From assembly GCA_947463125.1 (NCBI GenBank), contig CANHQZ010000008.1:1243-65242 (forward strand): DNA of 64,000 nt. The letters run 5' to 3'. Position 1 is the first letter of the stretch, and every line of letters starts with the position of its first letter. This stretch comes from Flavobacteriales bacterium (GTDB lineage Bacteria > Bacteroidota > Bacteroidia > NS11-12g > UBA955). The notes under the pieces are model-generated. The model was not told the DNA's origin and made no database searches. It saw only the letters and a program-made list of their open reading frames with translations. The position numbers and the translations under genes were made by a program. Positions 27,050-36,251 of the stretch are shown here, in pieces.

Positions 27050-29063
27050 ATTCGGCTTGCAGGCTGGTTTTAACTTTCAGTTTGTAGGTATTGTAAATCT
27101 TTTGCTGTGTGCCATTGCCTGTCACACGGGCTTTGATGGCCACGGCGTGCGCCTTTCTTAGCGATTCAATCCGCTCTTTGGGAATGGTAGCCCGCAAAAC
27201 GGTTCTGGAGGCGACCAGGGGCTCACCGCTAGGGGTGGTTTTTCCCGGCATAATGGTTCCCGGCGTTAATGTCACATCGCCGAGTGCGTTTCCATACTGA
27301 TCCAGCAGTGCAAAGTCCATATCCACTTCAAACGGATAATCGTTTTCCACGTCAAAAATCACAGTGGCGCTCTTCACGCGTTGCACCTGCGGAAGGCTGG
27401 CTGCTTCAATGCCCTGGGTATCGCGCAGGTTCAGTCCGCCTACCGTAAAGCTCACCGGGGCTTCCAGCCGCAGGTAAATTTCAGCACTGGAGTTATCAAA
27501 CACAAAGTCTTTCCAGTTGCTCACATTCCCGTTGGGGTTGGTTTCAATATCTATATCGTAATTGATGTACTGGGGCAAGTTCTCCACAAAGGCTTTGATG
27601 TTGGAATTACTGCCGTCCAGCACCACCTGTTTGTCGGTGGTTTGTCCGTAAACAAAGGGCGCCGGACCGATGAAAACATCGCCGTTCAGGGGTGTGGCAC
27701 TTAGTTTTACCTTGTTGCCGCTGAAGATGTTTTCGCTCTCCAGCGATTTCACACGCACCCGGCCCTCGGCGCCAATGCTGTTTTTCACCAGAACCGATGC
27801 TTTGAAATCCTTGAACAGGATATTGCCGTCGGCGCCTTTGAACAGGGCAAACGGAGCTTTGCCCACTGAGTTATTCAGTGTTTGGCCCATGTAGCCGGTG
27901 GCATATTCAGGCAACAGCCCTGTGAGAGCATAATAAATACGCAGGCTGTCATTGAGTGTTACCTGCACTTTTCGGCCGCTGCTGTCTAAAGACACTATCA
28001 TGATTTGGTGAAAAGTGTTCACGGTGTCTTTTACCGTAGGGTTTTTGCCGCGGTAATCGAGGAGATATCCGCTCATATCTACGGTTTCTTCCTTGCGCTC
28101 GGTCACACCGGGTTTGGCACCGGGCATTTTTACCACGCGCTCCAGCGGCACGCCATTCAGGCTGGCCGACGGAATCTTCAGCACCATGGTCATGTTTTCC
28201 TGAATGGTCGATTCCACGCGCAGTTTCAGCGAACCTTGCTTCACCTTGAAAAATTTAACCTGCGGTCCGCCCATATCCAGCACCAGGGCTTCATCCTGCT
28301 CTATTACATTTTGGTTTGGGAAAGCCGCAATGGCGTCGCGGGGTCGGAGGTTGCGCACAGTAAGGGTTACTTCCACCCCTTTGGAGGCATCGATCAGCAC
28401 AGGCCCGTTGCTGGGCTCGGTAATCAGGCGGCGGATAACGCCTTTCAGGCTTTTGCTCACGGTTTTGTTGCGCAGGCTGATGCTTTTGGTGGCGCTGCTG
28501 CCTTGGTCAATGTTGAGGAAAGAATCTTTGGCCACCACAGATCCGTCCGAAGCATTCTGCAGTTCGAATACCAGCAGGGTAACCTTTACGGGCAGTTCGT
28601 TGTTGATAGAAATATCCAGAAACCCGGAATCCAGCGTGGCGGTTTCGAAGAAGGCCGAAGCGTCAATATCCACTGGGTTCAGGTTGGTTTGGTTTTGGGC
28701 CGGAACGGCAATGGTTTGTCCGTCAAGCAGGCGAAAGGTAGGGTTGATCTGGGCCAGGGTGATGCGCTGCACAATGCTGCGATCGCTGAGTTTGAGGCGG
28801 CGCAGGGTAAAAGCAGTGTTGAGGCTGGTGTCGGGAGCCGTGACGCGCAAGCTGCGGGCATTGTAAACCAGGTTATCATACACCAGGGTGTAGCTGCTAT
28901 CGGTAAGGTTATTCACCAGGTAGCGTTTGTCAATATCGTTCAGCGTCATTTCGGTGCTGAACAGCGGCACAGCCACGTTGTTGTCCCAGCGGGCGGCCTT
29001 TCGGCTGCAGGCGCTAAGCACCAAGGCTGTGAGTACTAAGATGTATGCAAGATTTCGCACCAT
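27033..29063 (-). CDS. Large hypothetical beta-rich lipoprotein
   Basis: Lipobox LSAC followed by W...VAVPLF; 676 aa; overlaps the downstream barrel gene. Confidence 0.75.
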   Translation of the reverse strand: MVRNLAYILVLTALVLSACSRKAARWDNNVAVPLFSTEMTLNDIDKRYLVNNLTDSSYTLVYDNLVYNARSLRVTAPDTSLNTAFTLRRLKLSDRSIVQRITLAQINPTFRLLDGQTIAVPAQNQTNLNPVDIDASAFFETATLDSGFLDISINNELPVKVTLLVFELQNASDGSVVAKDSFLNIDQGSSATKSISLRNKTVSKSLKGVIRRLITEPSNGPVLIDASKGVEVTLTVRNLRPRDAIAAFPNQNVIEQDEALVLDMGGPQVKFFKVKQGSLKLRVESTIQENMTMVLKIPSASLNGVPLERVVKMPGAKPGVTERKEETVDMSGYLLDYRGKNPTVKDTVNTFHQIMIVSLDSSGRKVQVTLNDSLRIYYALTGLLPEYATGYMGQTLNNSVGKAPFALFKGADGNILFKDFKASVLVKNSIGAEGRVRVKSLESENIFSGNKVKLSATPLNGDVFIGPAPFVYGQTTDKQVVLDGSNSNIKAFVENLPQYINYDIDIETNPNGNVSNWKDFVFDNSSAEIYLRLEAPVSFTVGGLNLRDTQGIEAASLPQVQRVKSATVIFDVENDYPFEVDMDFALLDQYGNALGDVTLTPGTIMPGKTTPSGEPLVASRTVLRATIPKERIESLRKAHAVAIKARVTGNGTQQKIYNTYKLKVKTSLQAEYEAQF

Positions 29064-29099
29064 ATTGCGAAGATAGGGTTTTACGATAAAAACCGAATA

Positions 29100-29549
29100 T
29101 TATCGCTTGAGGTATTGCACAATGTTGACATCAAAAAATGCTAAAGACCCAAATATCAAGGTGCCCCAGAAGGCAATGCTGATGCTTTGCCAGAGGATAA
29201 TTTTATGTTTTTCGTGGATGAAGGTGGTGCAGAGCAGGGTTCCAACAGGAATGCTGAGAATGAGGGGTGTGAGCAGGGCAATCAGGGGTAATCCGCCGTG
29301 CAGTCGCAGCCAAACCAGCCTGCGCTTGGTTTTGGTAAACCGCTTTTTGGATTTGATTAGTTTTTGGAGGTACCCTTCCAGCCAGAACTCACTGTAGGTA
29401 AACAAAACCACGCCGAGGAAAGCCCCTGCCGAAGTGAAAAGCCAGCCGTAAAAAGGGTTGTGAAAACCGGCCACTGCCACCCCCACACCAATCAGGTATT
29501 TTACAGTGGACCACAGAAAACTGAGCAGGGCAGCGGTGGTGAAAGACAT
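29100..29549 (-). CDS. Hypothetical membrane protein (small multidrug export-like)
   Basis: About 4 TM helices; GGLPLIALLTPLILSIPVG. Start moved to ATG 29549. Confidence 0.7.
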   Translation of the reverse strand: MSFTTAALLSFLWSTVKYLIGVGVAVAGFHNPFYGWLFTSAGAFLGVVLFTYSEFWLEGYLQKLIKSKKRFTKTKRRLVWLRLHGGLPLIALLTPLILSIPVGTLLCTTFIHEKHKIILWQSISIAFWGTLIFGSLAFFDVNIVQYLKR

Positions 29550-29652
29550 TATCGCAAATGTATGGTTAAACGTGAACCTTTTGGCTGACGTATTTTGGGG
29601 TTCATCGGTGAAAACCGCAATAAAGCCGAAAAAATCCTGCAATTTTGCACCC

Positions 29653-31587
29653 ATGTTGCGTTTGGCGGTATTGTTTCTGATATCGGTTTCCGGGCTTGGC
29701 CTGCATGCCCAGATAATGGGTGGAATGGGCCGCATAGAACGTGAAACGCCGCAGGGCCGCACAGACAGCCTGCGCAGACCCACAGGCGCCAAAAGCGATC
29801 CCGGAATGGCCCGATACACAGACCTCAGCGCAGGCCGCGACTCTTTCACCCGCTGGGACAGCACCCTGCCCATGGCGCAGCGCTATGACATTGCCCGGGC
29901 AACAGGGCAGCCCATCGTAGATTTGGGGCATTATGCCTCACCCCAAAAAAGCCTGGTGCTGCAACCCTTTGTTCAGTCGGGACTGCAGTCGGGTTTTAAT
30001 CCGTACGCTTTCCAAAATGTAAATCCCGAAACATTCTCCTTTTACAGGGCCAAAGTGCCTTTCACCCGCTTTAGCTACCAGCAGGGCGGCAGCGGTTTTA
30101 TTGCCCTGCAGGCGCAGCATACACAGAATATCCGCAAAAACTGGAATATCGCGCTGGATTACCGCAGTGTGAACAACAAGGAATATTACATCAACAGCAA
30201 GCAGGACCACCTGCACCGCGGCACCTCGCTGGGGAGCTATTACACTTCCAAAAATGGAAAGCTGAAACAGTTCACCATCCTTACCTGGAACCGCGCAAGG
30301 CGGCTTGAAAACGGGGGTCTCGAAGATGATTCACTGCTGTTTCAGGACAAAGCCATTAACAAGCAGGAACGTTTCAGTATTAATACCCGAGGGGTTTACA
30401 GGCCCATACTCAGCGCCGCACAGTCGGTGTATGCAAGCAGGCACCATTTATCAGAATCGCAGTACAACTTGGGCAAAGGCAAACCTTACCTTTTCCACCG
30501 CGCAGACTGGACCCGCACGCTCTACCGATACCTCGACCCCCGCAAAGATACGGGTTTTTACGGTGCTCAAACCTACCGCAGCACAGACAGCCTGAATGAC
30601 AGCAGCGTCTGGAACGGGCTAAGCAACCGGCTGGGCCTTGCCCATCACATCAAAACCGATCGCATGCAAATGGGCCTTCGGGCCTGGTACAGCTACGAAT
30701 GGATGAGCTATGGCGCCAAATATTTTTTATCGGGCAAAGATGAAAACGTATCGCAAGGCCTGCACGCCGATGCCTACGGACAGGGCAAAAGCTGGCTGTG
30801 GCAGGCTGAAGTAGCATCGTATCTGAACGGCTACAATAAAGGCGATTATAACCTGGTGTTGAACGGACAATGGAATCCGTTGAAAAGATGGACCCTTTCC
30901 GGACGTTATCAGGCGCAAAAGGCCACCCCGGGGCTGTTTCAACAGCGGTTTTTCAGCAACCAGTTTCGTATCAGCAACAGCTGGCCGGCCGTGAAGAGCA
31001 CTGCCGCTGAACTGGGCATTGCCTACCGCGGGAAGCGCACGAGGATTGAGCTGGCCTACATATCCGGCAACACCCAAGGGTTGATATACAACAGCGGCGA
31101 TGCCTTATTTAGGCGGGCGTCTGAACTTACCTACAGCCAAATCCGCGGTCATATTCATTTGCAGGCGGGCAAGCTGCACACCGACCACATTTTCTATCTG
31201 CAAAACATCTCAGAGGAAACGGTTTGGTCGGCACCAAGGTTTAGCACTCTAAGTAGCCTGTATTTGCAGGGATATATGTTCAAAAAGGCGCTGCACGCCC
31301 GTTTTGGGGTAGATGTGGCCTGGCAAAGCGAGCACAGCGCCTGGGCTTACAGACCTGATTTGGCCACGTTTTATATTCGGAATGCAGGCCGGCCCGGTGG
31401 CAATTATCCCGTTGCAGATGTGTTTTTTACCGGTGAAATTAAAACGGTCATCGTAACCTTCAAAATGGCACACATCAACAATTACCTGGTGAATTACGGC
31501 GTTTCCAACGCATTTATGTCAGCGCAGGGTTATGCCATAGAGCCGCAACGCTTTGTGCTGGGGCTGGTGTGGCGGTTTCATTATTGA
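29653..31587 (+). CDS. Putative porin (Bacteroidota outer membrane beta-barrel)
   Basis: Signal peptide from ATG 29653; HTQNI, ENGGL, GNYPVADVF and a C-terminal LGLVWRFHY, typical of the putative-porin family. Confidence 0.85.
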   Translation: MLRLAVLFLISVSGLGLHAQIMGGMGRIERETPQGRTDSLRRPTGAKSDPGMARYTDLSAGRDSFTRWDSTLPMAQRYDIARATGQPIVDLGHYASPQKSLVLQPFVQSGLQSGFNPYAFQNVNPETFSFYRAKVPFTRFSYQQGGSGFIALQAQHTQNIRKNWNIALDYRSVNNKEYYINSKQDHLHRGTSLGSYYTSKNGKLKQFTILTWNRARRLENGGLEDDSLLFQDKAINKQERFSINTRGVYRPILSAAQSVYASRHHLSESQYNLGKGKPYLFHRADWTRTLYRYLDPRKDTGFYGAQTYRSTDSLNDSSVWNGLSNRLGLAHHIKTDRMQMGLRAWYSYEWMSYGAKYFLSGKDENVSQGLHADAYGQGKSWLWQAEVASYLNGYNKGDYNLVLNGQWNPLKRWTLSGRYQAQKATPGLFQQRFFSNQFRISNSWPAVKSTAAELGIAYRGKRTRIELAYISGNTQGLIYNSGDALFRRASELTYSQIRGHIHLQAGKLHTDHIFYLQNISEETVWSAPRFSTLSSLYLQGYMFKKALHARFGVDVAWQSEHSAWAYRPDLATFYIRNAGRPGGNYPVADVFFTGEIKTVIVTFKMAHINNYLVNYGVSNAFMSAQGYAIEPQRFVLGLVWRFHY

Positions 31588-31731
31588 GGATTCTTATTCA
31601 AAATACATTTTGGATTGATTGGCCTACTTACATGGGAGTATTTTGGCAAAGCCATTCTTAAACAAAAGTTGTTTTTAACTATACATTTTGCATAAAGAAG
31701 TATTATCTGTAAATTTGGAATAAATAAACAC

Positions 31732-31929
31732 ATGGAAACGGTTGTTATTAATGCAAAAACCAAGTCGGAAGCCGCTTTGCTTTTAAGCCTTGCCAAAAAG
31801 ATGGGCTTAACCGGGAAAACGCTCACACGCAGTCAGGTTGAGGATTGGGAATTTGCACAGAAGATTGATAAAGGAATGAAGTCAGAATCAGTAAGCCGCA
31901 GCGATGTCATGAAGGCTTTGGGTAAATGA
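31732..31929 (+). CDS. Putative antitoxin (DUF2683-like)
   Basis: 65 aa; overlaps the toxin start (ATGA); typical Bacteroidota antitoxin size and layout. Confidence 0.7.
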   Translation: METVVINAKTKSEAALLLSLAKKMGLTGKTLTRSQVEDWEFAQKIDKGMKSESVSRSDVMKALGK

Positions 31930-32192
31930 AAACTGCTTTTAAGAAATCCTTTCTAAAGGAAATTGAAAAACTTAAAAGTAAAAAACTAAAGGAATCTATT
32001 GCCGATATTATCAATCAGGTAGAAATATCTTCAAACATTATTGCTGTTAAAAATATTAAAAAGCTTGCGGGTTATGACTGTTATTACCGCATTAGAATTA
32101 GAGATTATCGGATTGGATTAAAGATTGAGGACGAAATTGTTCATTTCGTCATCCTGGAACATAGGAAAAACATTTATAAGGTTTTTCCTTAA
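31926..32192 (+). CDS. Type II toxin-antitoxin RelE/ParE family toxin
   Basis: KKSFLKEIEKL...IKKLAG...YRIRIRDYRIG...HRKNIYKVFP; basic, 88 aa. Confidence 0.9.
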   Translation: MKTAFKKSFLKEIEKLKSKKLKESIADIINQVEISSNIIAVKNIKKLAGYDCYYRIRIRDYRIGLKIEDEIVHFVILEHRKNIYKVFP

Positions 32193-32205
32193 AATATTGA
32201 TTTTA

Positions 32206-33222
32206 TCACCCCTCCAGCGGCTGCTTTTTCAGCGCCAAAATACTGAAATCGGAGTTTTCCCTGCGGATGGTGTTGTGCAGGGTTCCCAGCCCGTCGATGG
32301 TCAGTACCACTTCATCGCCGTCCTGCAGCCACTGCTCTTTGTAATTGGCATCGTTTAACTTGCCTGTTCCGTTCAGTTCCAAGAAGCATCCTGTGCCCAC
32401 GGTGCCGCTGCCAATCACATCGCCGGGGTGGATATCCACGCCATAAGCGCAACGCTCGATAATTTCGGCAAAAGTCCAGTCCATATCGCCCATGTTGCCT
32501 TCGCTCACCTGAATCCCATTGACGGTGCAGGTCATACGCAGGTTGTAGTTGGCGCCCGTGTGTCCGGGTTTGGCCGGAATGCGATAGGGTTCCAGTTCAT
32601 CAGGAGTAACCAGCCATGGACCAATCACAGTGCTGAAATCCTTTCCCTTGGCAGGTCCCAGGTTCAAAAGCATTTCTTCCATTTGCAGGCGTCGGGCGCT
32701 CATGTCGTTCATAATCATGTAGCCGGCAATGTAGTTGTCTGCTTCAGCGGCTTTGATGTTGCGTCCTTTTTTACCAATCACAACGGCAGCTTCCAGTTCA
32801 AAGTCCAGTTTTTCGAAATGATCGGGCATGCAAAAAATATCGCCGGGGCCCTGAATGGCCTGGTGGTTGGTGAAATAGAAAATCGGATACATGTCAAACT
32901 CCGGAATCATGGGCACTCCACGGTTGCGGCGCGCTGCCGCCACATGCTGGCGAAAAGCGTATCCGTCTCTGCAGCTGGTGGGATTGGGAACAGGTGCCAG
33001 CAAAGCCGAAGGATTGTAAGCAACGGCAACCGATGCATGTTTGCCTTCGGCTATTTCCTGCTGAATGCTGCGGGCTGCTGCGCTGTTGCTTTCCCAGTCT
33101 TTCAAAAAAGTTGCCATGTCTTTGGGCAAAGCCGCACTGATAGCGTTCAGCGAATAGACAGCATTGGCGGTATAAAGTCCTACGGATGTTTCACCGTTGT
33201 GTGCAAAGGTTACCAATTTCAT
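32206..33222 (-). CDS. Fumarylacetoacetate hydrolase family protein
   Basis: LDFELEAAVVIG, MNDMSAR, KGKDFST.IGPWLVTPDE and PGDVIGSGT motifs. Confidence 0.92.
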   Translation of the reverse strand: MKLVTFAHNGETSVGLYTANAVYSLNAISAALPKDMATFLKDWESNSAAARSIQQEIAEGKHASVAVAYNPSALLAPVPNPTSCRDGYAFRQHVAAARRNRGVPMIPEFDMYPIFYFTNHQAIQGPGDIFCMPDHFEKLDFELEAAVVIGKKGRNIKAAEADNYIAGYMIMNDMSARRLQMEEMLLNLGPAKGKDFSTVIGPWLVTPDELEPYRIPAKPGHTGANYNLRMTCTVNGIQVSEGNMGDMDWTFAEIIERCAYGVDIHPGDVIGSGTVGTGCFLELNGTGKLNDANYKEQWLQDGDEVVLTIDGLGTLHNTIRRENSDFSILALKKQPLEG

Positions 33223-33297
33223 GGTGCAAAAATACGAAATGATTTAGGCTTACATCATGGTTAACAAAAGCAAATCTCCTGTTACTTTTGCACTGTC

Positions 33298-34203
33298 ATG
33301 ATTATCATCACCGGATCCAACGGCCTGCTGGGCCAAAAGCTCACCGATTTATACCTAAAACACCCGGAAACGGCTTTTGTGGCAACGGGTAAAGGCCCCA
33401 ACCGCCACCCTGTTAAAAGCGGATATGTCTATGAAGAAGCCGACATTACCGACCATGCCGGCATGCGGACACTGATAGAAAAATATAAGCCGACAGCGGT
33501 GATCAATACCGCCGCCATGACCAATGTGGATGCCTGTGAGTCGGACAAGGAAGGCTGCGATGCCATGAATATTGGTGCAGTGGAAAATCTTGCCCGATTG
33601 TCTGCGGAACTTGGCTTTCGGCTCATCCACCTCAGCACCGATTTTATTTTTGACGGCACCCACCCCATGTATACCGAAGAGGAAAAGCCCAACCCGCTCA
33701 GCTATTATGGCAGAAGCAAATGGGAGGGAGAAAAAAGGGTGATGCAGTATGCAAAAAACTGGGCCATATTGCGCACCGTGCTGGTGTATGGTGTGGTGCA
33801 GGACATGAGCCGCAGCAACATTGTTTTATGGGCCTACAACACGCTGAAAAACGGAACTCCGGCTAAGGTGGTAAACGATCAGTACCGAACACCCACGCTA
33901 GCTGAAGATTTAGCCATGGGGTGCTTTCTGGCTGAACAAAAAGAGGCACAGGGCTTGTACAATATCGCCGGGCCGGATTATTTCGGTATACATGAGCTGA
34001 TGGAGCGTGTGGCCCAATATTTTGGTTTTCAGCTGGATAATATTTCATTGGTAAACAGTGAAACCTTGAATCAGCCCGCCAAAAGACCACCTGTTACAGG
34101 ACTGGACATCCATAAAGCGATGAAAGAACTTGGCTATACCCCCCACAGCTTTAATGAAGGTTTATCCATTGTGTCCAAACAAGCCGGCTGGGAAGCCTGC
34201 TGA
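33298..34203 (+). CDS. dTDP-4-dehydrorhamnose reductase family SDR (RmlD-like)
   Basis: TGSNGLLGQ, HLSTDFIFDG, YGRSK (YxxxK) and DQYRTPT motifs. Confidence 0.88.
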   Translation: MIIITGSNGLLGQKLTDLYLKHPETAFVATGKGPNRHPVKSGYVYEEADITDHAGMRTLIEKYKPTAVINTAAMTNVDACESDKEGCDAMNIGAVENLARLSAELGFRLIHLSTDFIFDGTHPMYTEEEKPNPLSYYGRSKWEGEKRVMQYAKNWAILRTVLVYGVVQDMSRSNIVLWAYNTLKNGTPAKVVNDQYRTPTLAEDLAMGCFLAEQKEAQGLYNIAGPDYFGIHELMERVAQYFGFQLDNISLVNSETLNQPAKRPPVTGLDIHKAMKELGYTPHSFNEGLSIVSKQAGWEAC

Positions 34204-34271
34204 TCTTCGTCATAATAATTAAAACCGGTAATTTATCTTGTAAAAGCGCAAATTGGACGTACTTTGCACCC

Positions 34272-35252
34272 ATGTCGACTTTGGATGTTCGAATGGAGGT
34301 GATGCAGTCTCTGGAAAAGGAAGTTGTAGGATTTACAGAAAAATACCTGATACCGGTTGAGCAAATATGGCAACCTGCCGATTTTCTCCCCGATTCCCGC
34401 GAGGAGAATTTTATCCCAAAAATTAAGGAACTGAAAGAGGCTGCTATGGAGCTGGATTATGATTTCTGGATTGTTCTGATTGGCGACATGATAACCGAAG
34501 AAGCGCTTCCAACCTATGAAAGCTGGTTGATGAATGTTCGCGGTGTGGATCAGGAGCATGGAAATGCCTGGAGTAACTGGATTCGGCAGTGGAGTGCCGA
34601 AGAAAACCGGCACGGTGACTTATTAAACAAATACCTGTATCTGAGCGGGCGGGTGAACATGCGGGAAGTGGAAATCAGCACGCAATACCTCATTCTCGAT
34701 GGTTTTGACCTGGGTCTGGACAGAGACCCCTATCGCAATTTTGTGTACACCAGTTTTCAGGAACTGGCCACGCATATTTCGCATAAAAGGGTGGGTGAAC
34801 TGGCCAGAGAAAAAGGCAATCACCACCTGGAAAAACTTTGCAGAACCATCGCCGGCGATGAAATGCGCCACCACCTTGCCTATCGGGAATTTATCAAGAA
34901 GATTTTAGAAGTAGATGCTTCGGAAGTGCTGACGGTATTTGCCGATATGATGAAGCGCAAAATAGCCATGCCTGCCAATTTGCTCAGGCAGTCGGGTCAG
35001 GCCGTGGGTGAATCGTTTCAGGCGTTTGCCGATGCGGCCCAGCGATTGGGGGTTTACACGGCAGATGATTACATCCAGATATTAAAAACGCTGCTTGCAC
35101 ACTGGAACATAGAAGGTCTTGGCGGACTGAACGAAACCGCAGAAAAGTCCCGTGATTACCTTATGGCTCTGCCCGCCAGGCTGGAAAGATTGTCGGAAAG
35201 AATGAAAGTCCCAACTGCCTCTGTGCGCTTCAAGTGGGTAGATCCGCTGTAA
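34272..35252 (+). CDS. Soluble acyl-ACP desaturase (ferritin-like di-iron)
   Basis: WQPADFLP, GDMITEEALPTY, WSAEENRHGDLL, YTSFQELAT and DEMRHH motifs. Confidence 0.93.
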   Translation: MSTLDVRMEVMQSLEKEVVGFTEKYLIPVEQIWQPADFLPDSREENFIPKIKELKEAAMELDYDFWIVLIGDMITEEALPTYESWLMNVRGVDQEHGNAWSNWIRQWSAEENRHGDLLNKYLYLSGRVNMREVEISTQYLILDGFDLGLDRDPYRNFVYTSFQELATHISHKRVGELAREKGNHHLEKLCRTIAGDEMRHHLAYREFIKKILEVDASEVLTVFADMMKRKIAMPANLLRQSGQAVGESFQAFADAAQRLGVYTADDYIQILKTLLAHWNIEGLGGLNETAEKSRDYLMALPARLERLSERMKVPTASVRFKWVDPL

Positions 35253-35390
35253 TTATTTGCCTGATAAAAGAATACATCCGACCAATGACCTGATTGAACG
35301 GATTAAGGTTTGTTCTGTCCAATAATTGTTACAGTTCATGGACAAATCCGGTAACGAGCGCCACAGCCTCGGTATATTTGCCCTCGTTTC

Positions 35391-36251
35391 ATGAAAGGCA
35401 TCATTCTGGCCGGAGGTTCCGGCACACGTTTACACCCGCTGACATTGGCCATGAGCAAACAACTCATGCCCGTGTATGACAAGCCTATGGTGTACTATCC
35501 GCTGTCAACCCTGTTGATGGCCGGTATCAGAGAAGTGCTCATAATCTCTACCCCGCACGATCTTCCCCATTTTGAAAAATTGCTGGGTGACGGCTCACAA
35601 CTGGGTTGCCGGTTTGAATACTGCGTTCAGCCCAAACCAGAAGGTCTGGCCCAGGCATTTGTTCTGGGAGAAAAATTTATTGGTGATGACAACGTCTGCC
35701 TGATTTTGGGCGATAACATCTTCTTCGGTTCAGACCTGATGGAAACCCTGCAGCAATGCCGTAATCCTCAGGGAGGAATCGTATTTGCGTACCATGTTAG
35801 CGATCCTGAGCGATACGGTGTGGTGGAATTTGATGCTGAGATGAATGCTCTTTCCATTGAAGAAAAACCCGCGGTGCCCAAAAGCAATTTTGCTGTGCCC
35901 GGATTGTACTTTTACGATAATGAGGTAGTAGAAATCAGTAAAAACCTGAAGCCATCACCCCGCGGCGAACTGGAAATTACAGACGTAAACAGGACATATC
36001 TGGCCAACGGACGCCTGAAGGTGCAGGTGCTGAGCCGTGGAACCGCATGGCTGGATACAGGAACTTTTGCATCTCTCATGCAGGCAGGACAGTTTGTGCA
36101 GGTAATTGAGGAAAGACAAGGCCTCAAAATAGGCTGTATCGAAGAACTTGCCTGGCGCAATGGATTTATAGACAACGCGCAACTGGAGAAAATTGCCATT
36201 CCCTTGCAAAAAAGCGGTTACGGAAATTACTTAATCAATTTGTTAAAGTGA
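35391..36251 (+). CDS. rfbA: Glucose-1-phosphate thymidylyltransferase
   Basis: [36 protein letters not shown] and WLDTGT motifs. Confidence 0.97.
   Translation: MKGIILAGGSGTRLHPLTLAMSKQLMPVYDKPMVYYPLSTLLMAGIREVLIISTPHDLPHFEKLLGDGSQLGCRFEYCVQPKPEGLAQAFVLGEKFIGDDNVCLILGDNIFFGSDLMETLQQCRNPQGGIVFAYHVSDPERYGVVEFDAEMNALSIEEKPAVPKSNFAVPGLYFYDNEVVEISKNLKPSPRGELEITDVNRTYLANGRLKVQVLSRGTAWLDTGTFASLMQAGQFVQVIEERQGLKIGCIEELAWRNGFIDNAQLEKIAIPLQKSGYGNYLINLLK

Noticed and set aside
26069-29039. Plus-strand ORFs of 315, 344 and 220 aa
   Set aside because: Antisense to the barrel and lipoprotein genes, which have clear signal peptides; no independent coding signal.
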